A program made the translations under genes and the position numbers. A DNA stretch of 48,672 bases. Source: Limisphaerales bacterium (lineage in GTDB: Bacteria > Patescibacteriota > Microgenomatia > UBA1400 > PJMF01). The stretch lies in the NCBI GenBank assembly GCA_044350895.1, contig JBILGT010000005.1, positions 1 through 48,672 of the forward strand, written 5' to 3'. Below the pieces are notes generated by a model. It ran no database searches. It had not been told where the DNA came from and worked only from the letters and a program-made list of their open reading frames with translations. Below are positions 27,713 to 37,221 of this stretch, piece after piece (position 1 is the first letter of the stretch; every line of letters starts with the position of its first letter).

Positions 27713-29077
27713 ATGAGTCTTTTCAGACCAAAAACGTATGCATTTTGTGGTGGCGCTTTTGGCGATGAAGGTAAGGGAAGAATCGTTGACATGATCGTTC
27801 ACAAATTGAGTCTAGAAGGTGAAGTCGTAGTGTACCGCGATAATGGAGGCGCAAATGCTGGACATACAGTTGAATTTCCAGATGGTACTAGAGTTTCACT
27901 GCATCAACTACCCTCAGGTATTTTTATAAAAGGCGCCACTGTAGTACTTGGAAAAGAAATGGTTTTACATCCCGGTGATTTGGTAGCAGAGCTTGCAGAT
28001 GTTGCAAAAGTGAAATCGACAAATGACAGAGCAAGAGTTTTAATTGACGAATTGGCAATTCTTTCTTTGGATACACATCGTGCCTATGAAGGTGTTTTAA
28101 AGCAGTGGCAGTCGGGTGGTTCTGGTTCTACGGGTAGAGGAATTTCACCAGCGTACGCAGATGTTTTATTGCGGCATCCACTTCGAATGCGAGATGTTGT
28201 TACTTTTGATGAAGCAAAAGTGAACGCTCACTATGACCTATATGCTGCACTCATCACTGGACTTGGTCACTCATTAGAAAATGTAGAAGTCGCAACTTTG
28301 TCAGGTGAAAAAATAAAAGTGGGTACAAAGAAACAGTTTATTGAACGGCTCAAATCACAAGTTACTTCACTGAGCGAGTACTCAACTGACATTCATGGTT
28401 GGTTATCAGAAAAATGGAGTGATGAGTCGTGTGGTTTTGTTTTTGAAAAAGCTCAGGCGGTTGGTCTCGATTGTAGATGGGGGGTCTATCCCGATGTCAC
28501 TGCATCGGATACTACACTAGCTGGAATTTTTTCTGCCACTGAAGGAATTGTTGACCCAGAAAAAATTATGTTGCGCGCTGGAGTTATCAAAGCAACGTAT
28601 ATGTCGAGCGTGGGCTCAAGGGTTCTTCCCACCCTAATGGAAGCAAAGTACGCTGATCGAATTAGAAAGGATGCTCATGAATATGGTGCGACAACAAAGC
28701 GACCAAGAGATATTGCATATTTGGATGTGCCTGCGTTGCAGTTTTTTACAAGAGTAGGCCGACTTAATAGTTTGGTGCTCACGCATATGGACATTTGCTA
28801 TGCAGATCAACCAATAAAAATCTGCACTGAGTACACTCGTTCAGGTAAAACAGTGGACTATCGCCCTGACCAACACTTTTTAAATACTGTAAAGCCAGTT
28901 TATATGGAACTACCTGCATGGAATATTGAAAAATTGCATGCTGCCAAAACTTTCAAACAGTTACCAAAAGAAGCTCAGCAATTTATACGATTTCTTGAAG
29001 AAAAAATTGGTGTTCCAGTGAGCATTATTACAACAGGGCCGCAGCGTGACCAAGGATTAATCCTTCAAAAAATGTAA
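27713..29077 (+). CDS. purA: Adenylosuccinate synthetase (divergent)
   Basis: 454-aa ORF with the P-loop 'GDEGKGRIVD', plus 'GGANAGHTV', 'GSTGRGI' and 'GATTKRPR'. A GAAGGAG Shine-Dalgarno sequence precedes the ATG. Confidence 0.85.
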   Translation: MSLFRPKTYAFCGGAFGDEGKGRIVDMIVHKLSLEGEVVVYRDNGGANAGHTVEFPDGTRVSLHQLPSGIFIKGATVVLGKEMVLHPGDLVAELADVAKVKSTNDRARVLIDELAILSLDTHRAYEGVLKQWQSGGSGSTGRGISPAYADVLLRHPLRMRDVVTFDEAKVNAHYDLYAALITGLGHSLENVEVATLSGEKIKVGTKKQFIERLKSQVTSLSEYSTDIHGWLSEKWSDESCGFVFEKAQAVGLDCRWGVYPDVTASDTTLAGIFSATEGIVDPEKIMLRAGVIKATYMSSVGSRVLPTLMEAKYADRIRKDAHEYGATTKRPRDIAYLDVPALQFFTRVGRLNSLVLTHMDICYADQPIKICTEYTRSGKTVDYRPDQHFLNTVKPVYMELPAWNIEKLHAAKTFKQLPKEAQQFIRFLEEKIGVPVSIITTGPQRDQGLILQKM

Positions 29078-29083
29078 TAAAAA

Positions 29084-29105
29084 ACACCCTCCTTTCGAAG
29101 GGTGT
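29084..29105. terminator. Bidirectional intrinsic terminator hairpin between convergent purA and the cupredoxin gene
   Basis: ACACCCT-(8 nt)-AGGGTGT forms a 7-bp stem, flanked by an A-run upstream and TT downstream. Confidence 0.6.
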
Positions 29106-29126
29106 TTAGGAAAAGTAGTGAGAGTA

Positions 29127-29675
29127 TTACTCTTCAACGATCAACGTACCGACCTGTCCATTCTTTCGGTGTTGACCTACTGAACAGTAGTATTCAAACT
29201 CACCCACCTGATCAGCTACAAATTCAACAGTGGCTGTCTCACCGGCTTTAACAATGGGGCTCTTCACTTGTAATGCATCAATGTTAAAGTCGTGCATCAT
29301 GTCTTTACTTGTAAGCTCAATCCGAATCTTTTGGCCTTTTTTAACCTTTATAACAGCAGGCTTGTAATAAAATGCTCCCATGTCCATTTTGATTGTTTCG
29401 ACTTGCGTAGGATCACTAATCATCATGGTTTCACCAGTCATTTTCTGACTTTCTGATTCACTGGCCGGAGCTGGGGATGTTGTCATAGCAGCTGGTTGCA
29501 TACTAGCTTTTGGTGTCGCGGTAGGAGTAACCTTAGCAGTGTTTTTAGATCCCATTGTATTTCTTACCAAAAGAAGTCCTACAACACCCAGTGCAATAAG
29601 CGTTATTGTTATTGTCGTTGAGTTTGACTTCTTCGGTTCAGCTACTGGTACTTCTTCTGTTTCGTTCATAATCAA
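29127..29675 (-). CDS. Membrane-anchored cupredoxin-domain protein with a Met-rich linker
   Basis: 182-aa ORF with an N-terminal TM helix and a Thr/Pro/Met-rich linker. The C-terminal domain carries 'MMHDF' and 'YYCSVGQHRKNGQVG', a type-1 Cu ligand pattern with Gln at the axial position. Confidence 0.7.
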   Translation of the reverse strand: MIMNETEEVPVAEPKKSNSTTITITLIALGVVGLLLVRNTMGSKNTAKVTPTATPKASMQPAAMTTSPAPASESESQKMTGETMMISDPTQVETIKMDMGAFYYKPAVIKVKKGQKIRIELTSKDMMHDFNIDALQVKSPIVKAGETATVEFVADQVGEFEYYCSVGQHRKNGQVGTLIVEE

Positions 29676-29731
29676 TTTCCTTACTTCAGTTTTGAGAATA
29701 CTAACTATTTCTGAAAATAAGCTGAAATAAT

Positions 29732-30781
29732 TTATACAGTTTTGTATTTCTGATGAATAGGTAGTTTGACAGTAAAAATTGAGCCTTTATCTGACTCACT
29801 AGTCACAGTAATTGAACCGTTATGTAACTTTACAATTTTTTGAGCAATCGAAAGTCCTAGACCATAACCTGAGTTAACAGCAGTAGTTCGAGCTCTGTCA
29901 CTTCTGTAAAAACGATCGAAAATATGCGGGAGATCTATCGCTGATATTCCAATTCCTTGATCGGCAATTGAAATATTAAATGATTTATCATGTTTTTTAG
30001 ATTTAATGGTAATAGTACTATTTTCAGGACTATACTTAATTGCATTATCAAGCAGAATAGTAAAAAGTTCTACGACACTTTCTTTTATTGCTGAGAACTG
30101 AATATCTACTATATCTTTTTCGATTTTAATATTCTTCATTTTGGAAATACTCTTTACATTTCTTAGTGCTTCATCTAACACTGTCACTGTTGCAATTTTT
30201 TCAAAAACTTGATGTCCATTTACTTTCTGATACTGTGTTAGTTGCAACAGTGAATCAGAAAGCTTTTGCAGTCGCTCAACCTCAATAAGACTTTCAGAAA
30301 CAAGTTCTTTTGCTTCATCAAGTGACGGCTTTTTATCACGAAGATAAACTTCAAATGCAGTGCGCAGCGAAGTGAGTGGGGTTCTGAGTTCATGTGAGGC
30401 ATCACTAATGAACCTATTCTGTTCAGTGACCATTTCTTTGATTGGTTTGAGTGTCTTACCTGCCAGTAGATAACCTGAACCCCCAGCGATTACTAGAATT
30501 CCTGAATTAACTACTACTAACATCCATAGTATTCTTCGCTTTGCTTCTTCAACAATTTCTGGTGTAACTGGTATCGGAGGAATCATTCGACTAGTATTTG
30601 TATCAGGATAGACACAGCCAGCTCGCTGCAAGTTGCGTTCAATTCGGACACGTTGCGCCAATGCGATATCTTCCACTTCGTTTGATAGCACTTCATAAAT
30701 TACTACACTAAACATTACACTAATAACCATGATGATAAACAAGTACCATGTGGTGAGTTTCAATCGAGCTGATTCAAACAT
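29732..30781 (-). CDS. Sensor histidine kinase (2 TM, HisKA + HATPase_c)
   Basis: 349-aa ORF with the H-box 'SDASHELRTPLT', the N-box 'LLDNAIKYS' and G-boxes 'DQGIGI' and 'GYGLGLSI'. Confidence 0.9.
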   Translation of the reverse strand: MFESARLKLTTWYLFIIMVISVMFSVVIYEVLSNEVEDIALAQRVRIERNLQRAGCVYPDTNTSRMIPPIPVTPEIVEEAKRRILWMLVVVNSGILVIAGGSGYLLAGKTLKPIKEMVTEQNRFISDASHELRTPLTSLRTAFEVYLRDKKPSLDEAKELVSESLIEVERLQKLSDSLLQLTQYQKVNGHQVFEKIATVTVLDEALRNVKSISKMKNIKIEKDIVDIQFSAIKESVVELFTILLDNAIKYSPENSTITIKSKKHDKSFNISIADQGIGISAIDLPHIFDRFYRSDRARTTAVNSGYGLGLSIAQKIVKLHNGSITVTSESDKGSIFTVKLPIHQKYKTV

Positions 30782-30787
30782 AGTGTG

Positions 30788-31471
30788 TTACTTTTCTGGC
30801 TCCGCAACCTTATAGCCAAACCCTCGAATAGTATGAATGAGTGGACTGTTTTTGGGAAAAGGAAAATCAATTTTCTTGCGTAAATTTCTGATGTATACTT
30901 CGACAGTATTGGGGAGAATGTCGGCATCGTAGTCCCACACATGTGTAATAATCTGATTTTTTGAAAGTATTCTATTTGGGTTGCGCAACATATATTCAAG
31001 CAGTGAAAATTCTTTATTTGAGAGACTGATTTTTTTACCGTCTCGCTCCACATCAAATGTTTTACGATCCAGACACAGCCCTCCCACTTTCAGCATATTT
31101 GAATTTGCTTTCCGAGGACGACGGGTGATTGCTCGTAGTCGAGCGAGTAATTCTTCAAAAGAAAATGGTTTAGTAAGATAATCATCAGCACCACTGTCTA
31201 AACCAACAACTGTATCGTTCAACTGGCTTTTTGCTGTCAGCATAATGATTGGGGTGTGCACAGAATTCTGACGGAGCTCTTTACAAACACTGACGCCATC
31301 TTTCCCAGGAAGCATTAAATCCAAAATTATTGCGTCATACTCTTCTGTGACTGCAAAGTCATAACCTGCTGATCCATCATAACTCACATCGACAGTATAG
31401 TGCTCTTGTTCTAAACCTTTTTTGATTGTATTTGCAATCCGGTGTTCGTCTTCAATTACAAGAATTTTCAT
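30788..31471 (-). CDS. Response regulator, OmpR/PhoB family
   Basis: 227-aa ORF with a receiver domain ('ILVIEDE', 'DLMLPG', 'LTAK') and a winged-helix C-terminal domain ('LSNKEFSLLEYM', 'IHTIRGFGY'). Confidence 0.9.
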   Translation of the reverse strand: MKILVIEDEHRIANTIKKGLEQEHYTVDVSYDGSAGYDFAVTEEYDAIILDLMLPGKDGVSVCKELRQNSVHTPIIMLTAKSQLNDTVVGLDSGADDYLTKPFSFEELLARLRAITRRPRKANSNMLKVGGLCLDRKTFDVERDGKKISLSNKEFSLLEYMLRNPNRILSKNQIITHVWDYDADILPNTVEVYIRNLRKKIDFPFPKNSPLIHTIRGFGYKVAEPEK

Positions 31472-31478
31472 ACAATAT

Positions 31479-31509
31479 ATTGTACTCCGAAAGCTGAAAA
31501 GTAGCTGAA
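31479..31509 (-). promoter_or_regulatory. Pho-box-like direct repeat plus -10 element upstream of the RR-HK-cupredoxin operon
   Basis: The minus strand reads TTCAGCT-ACTT-TTCAGCT-(7 nt)-TACAAT-(7 nt)-ATG. The two 7-bp repeats start 11 bp apart. Confidence 0.4.
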
Positions 31510-31609
31510 TGGCGCATTCAGTCTACCAAACTTACTTGATCCTTACCGTACTTTGGTATGTATCCTACACTTTGCGTCTATCATCATATTTAATTGTCGA
31601 AAGGACTAT

Positions 31610-31927
31610 ATGACATATCGATATCCTGGTGATGATGTAATGCTCACTATTAATTTGCTTTCACTTGATGTGGGAGTGCGGTTTATTTTATTACTACTGG
31701 GTGCACGTATGAGTGGATTCGCAGCTTTTATGTATCAATTGACAGAGCCGCTAGTGAGTCCTTTCAGAGGAGTTTTTCCATCAATGCAAGTGGGAGCAGC
31801 TTCACTTGAAACAGCATCGTTGCTTGCGATTTTTGTTTTGCATCTAATCGGATTTATAGTTGCACAAATTCTTGGACTATTTTCCAGAGACCGAGTCGTT
31901 GATGAAACTGACTTGCGTAATGTGTAA
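31610..31927 (+). CDS. YggT-family membrane protein
   Basis: ORF 31553..31927 with an ATG at 31610. 'LTEPLVSPFRGVFP' followed by 'LETASLLAI' resembles the YggT signature. Confidence 0.6.
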   Translation: MTYRYPGDDVMLTINLLSLDVGVRFILLLLGARMSGFAAFMYQLTEPLVSPFRGVFPSMQVGAASLETASLLAIFVLHLIGFIVAQILGLFSRDRVVDETDLRNV

Positions 31928-31936
31928 ACTGAGCTT

Positions 31937-32494
31937 ATGCTTACTGGTATGCAACAAGCCTCTTCATACAACTCAATAGCTACTTTTGCCGGAGGATGCT
32001 TTTGGTGTTTGGAACCTGCATTTGCAGCGCAAGCTGGTGTCATCCAAAATAGTGTTGGTTACACTGGTGGAACTACCGAAAACCCTACCTATGAAGAAGT
32101 GTGCTCTGGAAAAACTGTGCATTATGAAGCTATTCAAGTGCATTTTGATCCTTCACAAGTAACGTACGAACAACTCCTTGATATTTTCTGGAGGCAGATC
32201 GATCCAACTGACATTGGCGGTCAGTTTGCGGATCGTGGAGGTTCATATAAAACAGCAATCTTTTACCATTCAGAAGAACAAAGACAACTTGCCCAAGTTT
32301 CAAAGAGTAAGTTAGAAAAAAGTGGCATCTATGATAAACCAATTGTCACTGAAATTATTGCTGCGACAACTTTTTATCCTGCCGAAGAATATCACCAAGA
32401 ATACTTTAAAAAAGAGCCTGCGCACTATGCTGCGTACAAGTATGGTTCTGGACGTCAAACATTTTTGGAACAAAAATGGAAAGATGTAGATTGA
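31937..32494 (+). CDS. msrA: Peptide-methionine (S)-S-oxide reductase
   Basis: 185-aa ORF with the active site 'GGCFWCLE', plus 'GYTGG' and 'YHQ.Y'. Confidence 0.9.
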   Translation: MLTGMQQASSYNSIATFAGGCFWCLEPAFAAQAGVIQNSVGYTGGTTENPTYEEVCSGKTVHYEAIQVHFDPSQVTYEQLLDIFWRQIDPTDIGGQFADRGGSYKTAIFYHSEEQRQLAQVSKSKLEKSGIYDKPIVTEIIAATTFYPAEEYHQEYFKKEPAHYAAYKYGSGRQTFLEQKWKDVD

Positions 32495-32537
32495 TCTGTT
32501 TTTAACTAGTGATATTTCTGATATTCTTATACTCCGT

Positions 32538-35117
32538 ATGAGAGAGTTTTCAACGCCGATGATGCAGCAGTACATTCAGATTCGTCAGCAGCATGCAGAT
32601 TGCATGCTCTTTTTTAGGCTGGGTGATTTCTACGAATTATTTTTAGAAGATGCTATTGAAGGAGCAAAAATACTTGGTATCACACTTACTAGGCGGCCGA
32701 GGGGTAAAGATGGTGATATTCCCATGGCTGGAGTGCCGTTCCATTCGGCAAATACGTATATAAATAAACTTCTTCGGGCTGGTAAAAAAATTGCTATCTG
32801 TGAGCAAGTCAGTGAACCTGACTCAAAAGGAATTGTAGAACGCAAAGTCGTGCGAATTATCACTGCTGGCACTGTTCTAGATGATAATTCACTCGAACAG
32901 AAAAAACATAACTATATAACTAGTGTGAGTATTGGAAAAAATGAAATTGGTATTGCTGCAGCTGACTTGTTGACAGGTGAGTTTATTACCTGTGAAATAG
33001 AACGAAGTGAAAATGACTTGGAGAATGTGGGCTCGGAACTGATGCGTTTGGCACCGAGTGAGTGCGTTGTGAGTCTAGAAACGTATAACTCACCTGAGCT
33101 TTTAAAAATTGTAACAACTTATCATCAGTCATCAGTTACATACTTTCATGATTGGGATCTTGTTGCTAAACATTCTGAAAAAAATATTACTGAACATTTT
33201 TCTATTCCATCTGTCGGTGTATTTGGACTTTCACATCTACGTGAAGCCATTACAGCTACAGCAATATTGATTGCGTATTTAAATCACACACAGCAAACAA
33301 AAGTCACACATTTAAATTTTCCAAAGCTATATAGCCCGCAACAGTCAGTTCTTCTTGATCCAGCCACTTTCTCAAATCTTGAAATATTTTCAACAATACA
33401 TGATAAGTCTACAAAAGGTTCATTGTTTGATGTCGTTGATAAGACTCAGACTGCAATGGGTGGAAGACTGCTACGTACATGGATTCAGCATCCGCTTAAA
33501 GATACAGCTGTATTGGAGAAACGTTACAAGGGAGTATCTGAGTTATACGGAAAGCACCAAGTTCGTGAAAGTATTCAAGAAAAACTAAATAACACATTTG
33601 ATGTCCAACGACTTAGTTCGAAATTGGCGTTAAATCTTGGAACTGCTGCAAGTATTCTAAACATCAAACAAAGTTTAGAAGTTTATCTTGACCTTGATCC
33701 TGAAATTTGTGAACTATCAAGCTCAGTGTATACAACCTGGAAAGAGCTGCCAAAAAAAAGTATTCATGCAATTGTACGTGATATTGAAAGTACGCTGGTA
33801 GAAAAATTTGAAAGCGAAGATGAGGTGGGTATTATTAAAGCAGGAGTTGATGCTGAACTTGATGAACTACGCAGCATTTTTTATTCTGGCAAAGACTGGG
33901 TTGCTCAGTTGGAAATCCAAGAGCGCAAACGTACCGGAATCGGTTCACTCAAATGTCGTTACAACCAAGTATTCGGTTTTTACATTGAGGTGAGCCAATC
34001 AAATTTACATATGGTCCCAAGTGACTATATTCGTAAACAAACATTGGTAAATGCCGAACGATTTATTACACCAGAACTTAAAAGAAAAGAAACTCAAATC
34101 CTGACAGCAGAAACGAGGATAAGCCAAATCGAACGAAAGTTGTTCCAGGAACTTGTAGATAGAATTATATTGCAACTTGATTGCATTAAAAAAATTGCAT
34201 CTGCACTTGCTGAGCTTGATGTTTTTTGTAGTCTTGCACAATTAGCACAAGAAGAAAGATATGTAAGACCAACACTCAATACTGAAGGAATGCTTGTAAT
34301 ACGAGGTGGAAAGCATCCTGTTTTATCAAAGAAACTACAAGAAAATTTTGTACCCAATGATGTGCTCTTAAATACAAGTGAATATCAACTGCTCGTTATA
34401 ACTGGTCCAAACATGGCAGGTAAATCGGTCTTTATGCGACAAGTTGCTTTGCTAGTACTCCTTGCTCATATCGGTAGCTTTGTACCTGCAGAATCAGCCT
34501 CTATTTCTGTTGTGGATAGAATTTTTGTCCGCAGTGGCGCTTCTGATAATATCAGCATGGGTCTTTCTACTTTTATGGTTGAAATGGTTGAAGCGGCACA
34601 CATTCTCCATCAAGCAACGAGTGAAAGTCTGGTAATTATGGATGAAATTGGAAGAGGAACCAGCACCTATGATGGCATTAGTATTTCCTGGGCAATTGCA
34701 GAATTTTTAGTGACAGATAAAAAAAGGAAACCCAAAGTACTTTTTGCCACACATTATCATGAACTACAAAGTCTCGAAGAGAAATTTCCTAATCAAATTA
34801 AAAATTATCGTGTGGCAGTAGATGATGATAAGGGAAAGCCAGTCTTTTTATTCACGGTGGAGCGTGGCGCAGCATCTCATAGCTTTGGTATTGCTGTGGC
34901 AAAGCTAGCAGGTATTCCAAATAAAATTTTAGATAGTGCAACTGAGATGCTTGAAAAATTTGAGAGTACTCATGAAGGTAGGATGCCAAAAAATGAAGCA
35001 AAGAAGAGTGACACAATAACTCAGAAAATTGAAAGTCTAGACATTAATGTGATGACACCAGTTGCGGCACTCAATGCATTAGTAGAGTTACAAAAACAAG
35101 TTCGTCAGAATAGATAG
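32538..35117 (+). CDS. mutS: DNA mismatch repair protein MutS
   Basis: 859-aa ORF with 'TPMMQQY', 'FYELF', Walker A 'GPNMAGKS', 'STFMVEM' and 'DEIGRGTSTYDG'. Confidence 0.95.
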   Translation: MREFSTPMMQQYIQIRQQHADCMLFFRLGDFYELFLEDAIEGAKILGITLTRRPRGKDGDIPMAGVPFHSANTYINKLLRAGKKIAICEQVSEPDSKGIVERKVVRIITAGTVLDDNSLEQKKHNYITSVSIGKNEIGIAAADLLTGEFITCEIERSENDLENVGSELMRLAPSECVVSLETYNSPELLKIVTTYHQSSVTYFHDWDLVAKHSEKNITEHFSIPSVGVFGLSHLREAITATAILIAYLNHTQQTKVTHLNFPKLYSPQQSVLLDPATFSNLEIFSTIHDKSTKGSLFDVVDKTQTAMGGRLLRTWIQHPLKDTAVLEKRYKGVSELYGKHQVRESIQEKLNNTFDVQRLSSKLALNLGTAASILNIKQSLEVYLDLDPEICELSSSVYTTWKELPKKSIHAIVRDIESTLVEKFESEDEVGIIKAGVDAELDELRSIFYSGKDWVAQLEIQERKRTGIGSLKCRYNQVFGFYIEVSQSNLHMVPSDYIRKQTLVNAERFITPELKRKETQILTAETRISQIERKLFQELVDRIILQLDCIKKIASALAELDVFCSLAQLAQEERYVRPTLNTEGMLVIRGGKHPVLSKKLQENFVPNDVLLNTSEYQLLVITGPNMAGKSVFMRQVALLVLLAHIGSFVPAESASISVVDRIFVRSGASDNISMGLSTFMVEMVEAAHILHQATSESLVIMDEIGRGTSTYDGISISWAIAEFLVTDKKRKPKVLFATHYHELQSLEEKFPNQIKNYRVAVDDDKGKPVFLFTVERGAASHSFGIAVAKLAGIPNKILDSATEMLEKFESTHEGRMPKNEAKKSDTITQKIESLDINVMTPVAALNALVELQKQVRQNR

Positions 35118-35118
35118 T

Positions 35119-36822
35119 ATGGGAATAATAAAAAAATTATCAGCCACAATAATTTCTCAAATAGCTGCTGGGCAGGTAGTTGATCGACCAGCGTCAGTTG
35201 TTAAAGAGCTCATTGAAAACTCACTTGATGCACATGCTCATAACATCACAATTAGAGTCGAAAACGGTGGGAAAATAAAAATTGTGGTGCAAGATGATGG
35301 GTGTGGTATGAGTGCAGATGATTTGACGATTTCAGTTCAGCCACACACAACTAGCAAAATTTCTACAATTGAGGAATTACAGCAACTGATCTCATTTGGT
35401 TTCCGAGGTGAAGCACTAGCAAGTATTGGACTTGTCGGAAAATTATCAGTGCAAAGCAAATCTCAAGATGAAGCAGTGGGCACAAAAATTGTTATAGAAA
35501 ATGGGCAAGTTGTTAAAGAAATTCCTGTCGGTATGTCAGTTGGAACAATTGTTACGCTTGAGAATATTTTTGACAACATGCCAGCGCGAAAGAAGTTTTT
35601 AAAGTCTGACCAGGTTGAATTTCAAGCAATTTTAGATACAGTTACTCAGCTCGCAACTGCGCATCACACAGTTGGTTTTCAACTTTTTAATAATGGTTCT
35701 CTAGTTTGTGATTATTTACCTACACAAGAACTTATCGATCGTGTTGAATCAGTTTTTGGAAGTAGCATCCACACTTTGTATTTACCAATTAATTTTATGA
35801 TGAGTGAATATAAAGTATCTGGCTATTTAGGTACACCACAAGCGGCGACTCAAAATTCTCAACGACAAATTCTACTGGTCAATAAAAGACCCGTCCGAAA
35901 TTTGGCAGTTTCAAAAACAATTAAGAGAACTTTTGGAAGTTTATTGCCTCCCGCTATACAGCCGCCATTTGTACTACACATTGAAGTTGATCCCAAAATT
36001 ATTGATATAAATATCACACCAAAGAAAGATCAGATTCTATTCACTGAGCAAGAGTTACTGGTAGAAATACTGTATGTACAAATAAAAAAGATTCTTGAAG
36101 ATTCAAATTTATTATATGAAAAAAATGATGATGATGGACTGCTATTAGTTGCTGATAGTGGCATGGATGAGCCTACTGCTCGTGCACTGCGTGCTGTCAG
36201 TGAACCATGGAATGTGAAAAATTATTTTGTTGATGAACCAGTTCTGCAAATAAAAAAATTATACTTGATTGCGCAAACAGTGGATGGTCTCCTGTTGATT
36301 GATCAACATGCGGCACATGAGCGAATTTTGTATGAAGAGTTTTTACAAACATTTACGAATGAAAATAAAAAAAGTGTTCTACTCAAGAAACCTGCGGTAA
36401 TTAAACTTCCAATTTTAGAGTTACAACTATTGATTGATAATGAAGAAGTTTTCAAAAGTATTGGTTTCACTTTTGAAAGTGCTGGAAAAAATGCCGTTGC
36501 TTGCACCGGAGTACCAAAATTGCTTGAGCAAAGATCCCCGCAAGAATATATAGCTGAAGTAATTCAAGATATACATGATGGTGTCCCAATTGTAGAACTT
36601 GATTATCAAAGTCATCGCACCATAGCATATCTAGCCTGTCGAACAGCAATTAAAGCTGGTGAGGTACTTACGCCAGAAGAGCGCAAAAATATTGTCACAA
36701 AACTTTTAGCTACAACGAGTAAATATACCTGTCCTCATGGTAGACCAGTAATGGTTCAGATGAAGATGCAAGAGCTTGCACAAATCTTTCATAGAATTCC
36801 CGCGTCTCTGAAAGAGAAGTAG
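35119..36822 (+). CDS. mutL: DNA mismatch repair protein MutL
   Basis: 567-aa ORF with the GHKL ATPase motifs 'ELIENSLDA', 'DDGCGM' and 'FGFRGEAL', and the C-terminal 'CPHGRP'. It starts 2 nt after mutS. Confidence 0.95.
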   Translation: MGIIKKLSATIISQIAAGQVVDRPASVVKELIENSLDAHAHNITIRVENGGKIKIVVQDDGCGMSADDLTISVQPHTTSKISTIEELQQLISFGFRGEALASIGLVGKLSVQSKSQDEAVGTKIVIENGQVVKEIPVGMSVGTIVTLENIFDNMPARKKFLKSDQVEFQAILDTVTQLATAHHTVGFQLFNNGSLVCDYLPTQELIDRVESVFGSSIHTLYLPINFMMSEYKVSGYLGTPQAATQNSQRQILLVNKRPVRNLAVSKTIKRTFGSLLPPAIQPPFVLHIEVDPKIIDINITPKKDQILFTEQELLVEILYVQIKKILEDSNLLYEKNDDDGLLLVADSGMDEPTARALRAVSEPWNVKNYFVDEPVLQIKKLYLIAQTVDGLLLIDQHAAHERILYEEFLQTFTNENKKSVLLKKPAVIKLPILELQLLIDNEEVFKSIGFTFESAGKNAVACTGVPKLLEQRSPQEYIAEVIQDIHDGVPIVELDYQSHRTIAYLACRTAIKAGEVLTPEERKNIVTKLLATTSKYTCPHGRPVMVQMKMQELAQIFHRIPASLKEK

Positions 36823-37172
36823 TCATCATGCGTAACAATGATGTGATCGATTAATTCTATATGTAGCAAGACTGCACCCTCTGCGAGTGCAAGTGTAGTA
36901 ACATAGTCTGCCTGACTGGGAAATGCTAAACCAGATGGATGATTGTGAAAAACAATAATGCTGTCACTGCCATGAAGAAGTGCCGGAGCAAAAATGCTTC
37001 GTGCTGAAAATGCTGCCTGTTTTTCATTCTCTTGCGTAAGTGACTGCTGTGCAATAATCTGTTTCTTCTTATTAAGAAATAGTACCAACACTTTTTCAGT
37101 GGTCAGTGTACGCAGCTGCGAAGCATGTTTGAGGAATATATGGCTTTTAAGTGACATTGCCACACTATACAA
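36789..37172 (-). CDS. radC: RadC-like JAB/MPN-domain protein (no N-terminal HhH domain)
   Basis: 127-aa ORF with the JAMM-like motif 'HNHPSGLAFPSQAD'. Its 3' end overlaps the 3' end of mutL by 34 nt (convergent genes). Confidence 0.75.
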   Translation of the reverse strand: MYSVAMSLKSHIFLKHASQLRTLTTEKVLVLFLNKKKQIIAQQSLTQENEKQAAFSARSIFAPALLHGSDSIIVFHNHPSGLAFPSQADYVTTLALAEGAVLLHIELIDHIIVTHDDYFSFRDAGIL

Positions 37173-37221
37173 ATGATTGCTTTCATTCAGCTTGCATCGA
37201 TTGCTGTGAAAAAAAATAAGT

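Noticed and set aside
30760-31056. A 98-aa minus-strand ORF overlapping the response-regulator gene in another frame.
   Set aside because: It lies entirely within the well-supported OmpR-family CDS and has no motifs of its own.
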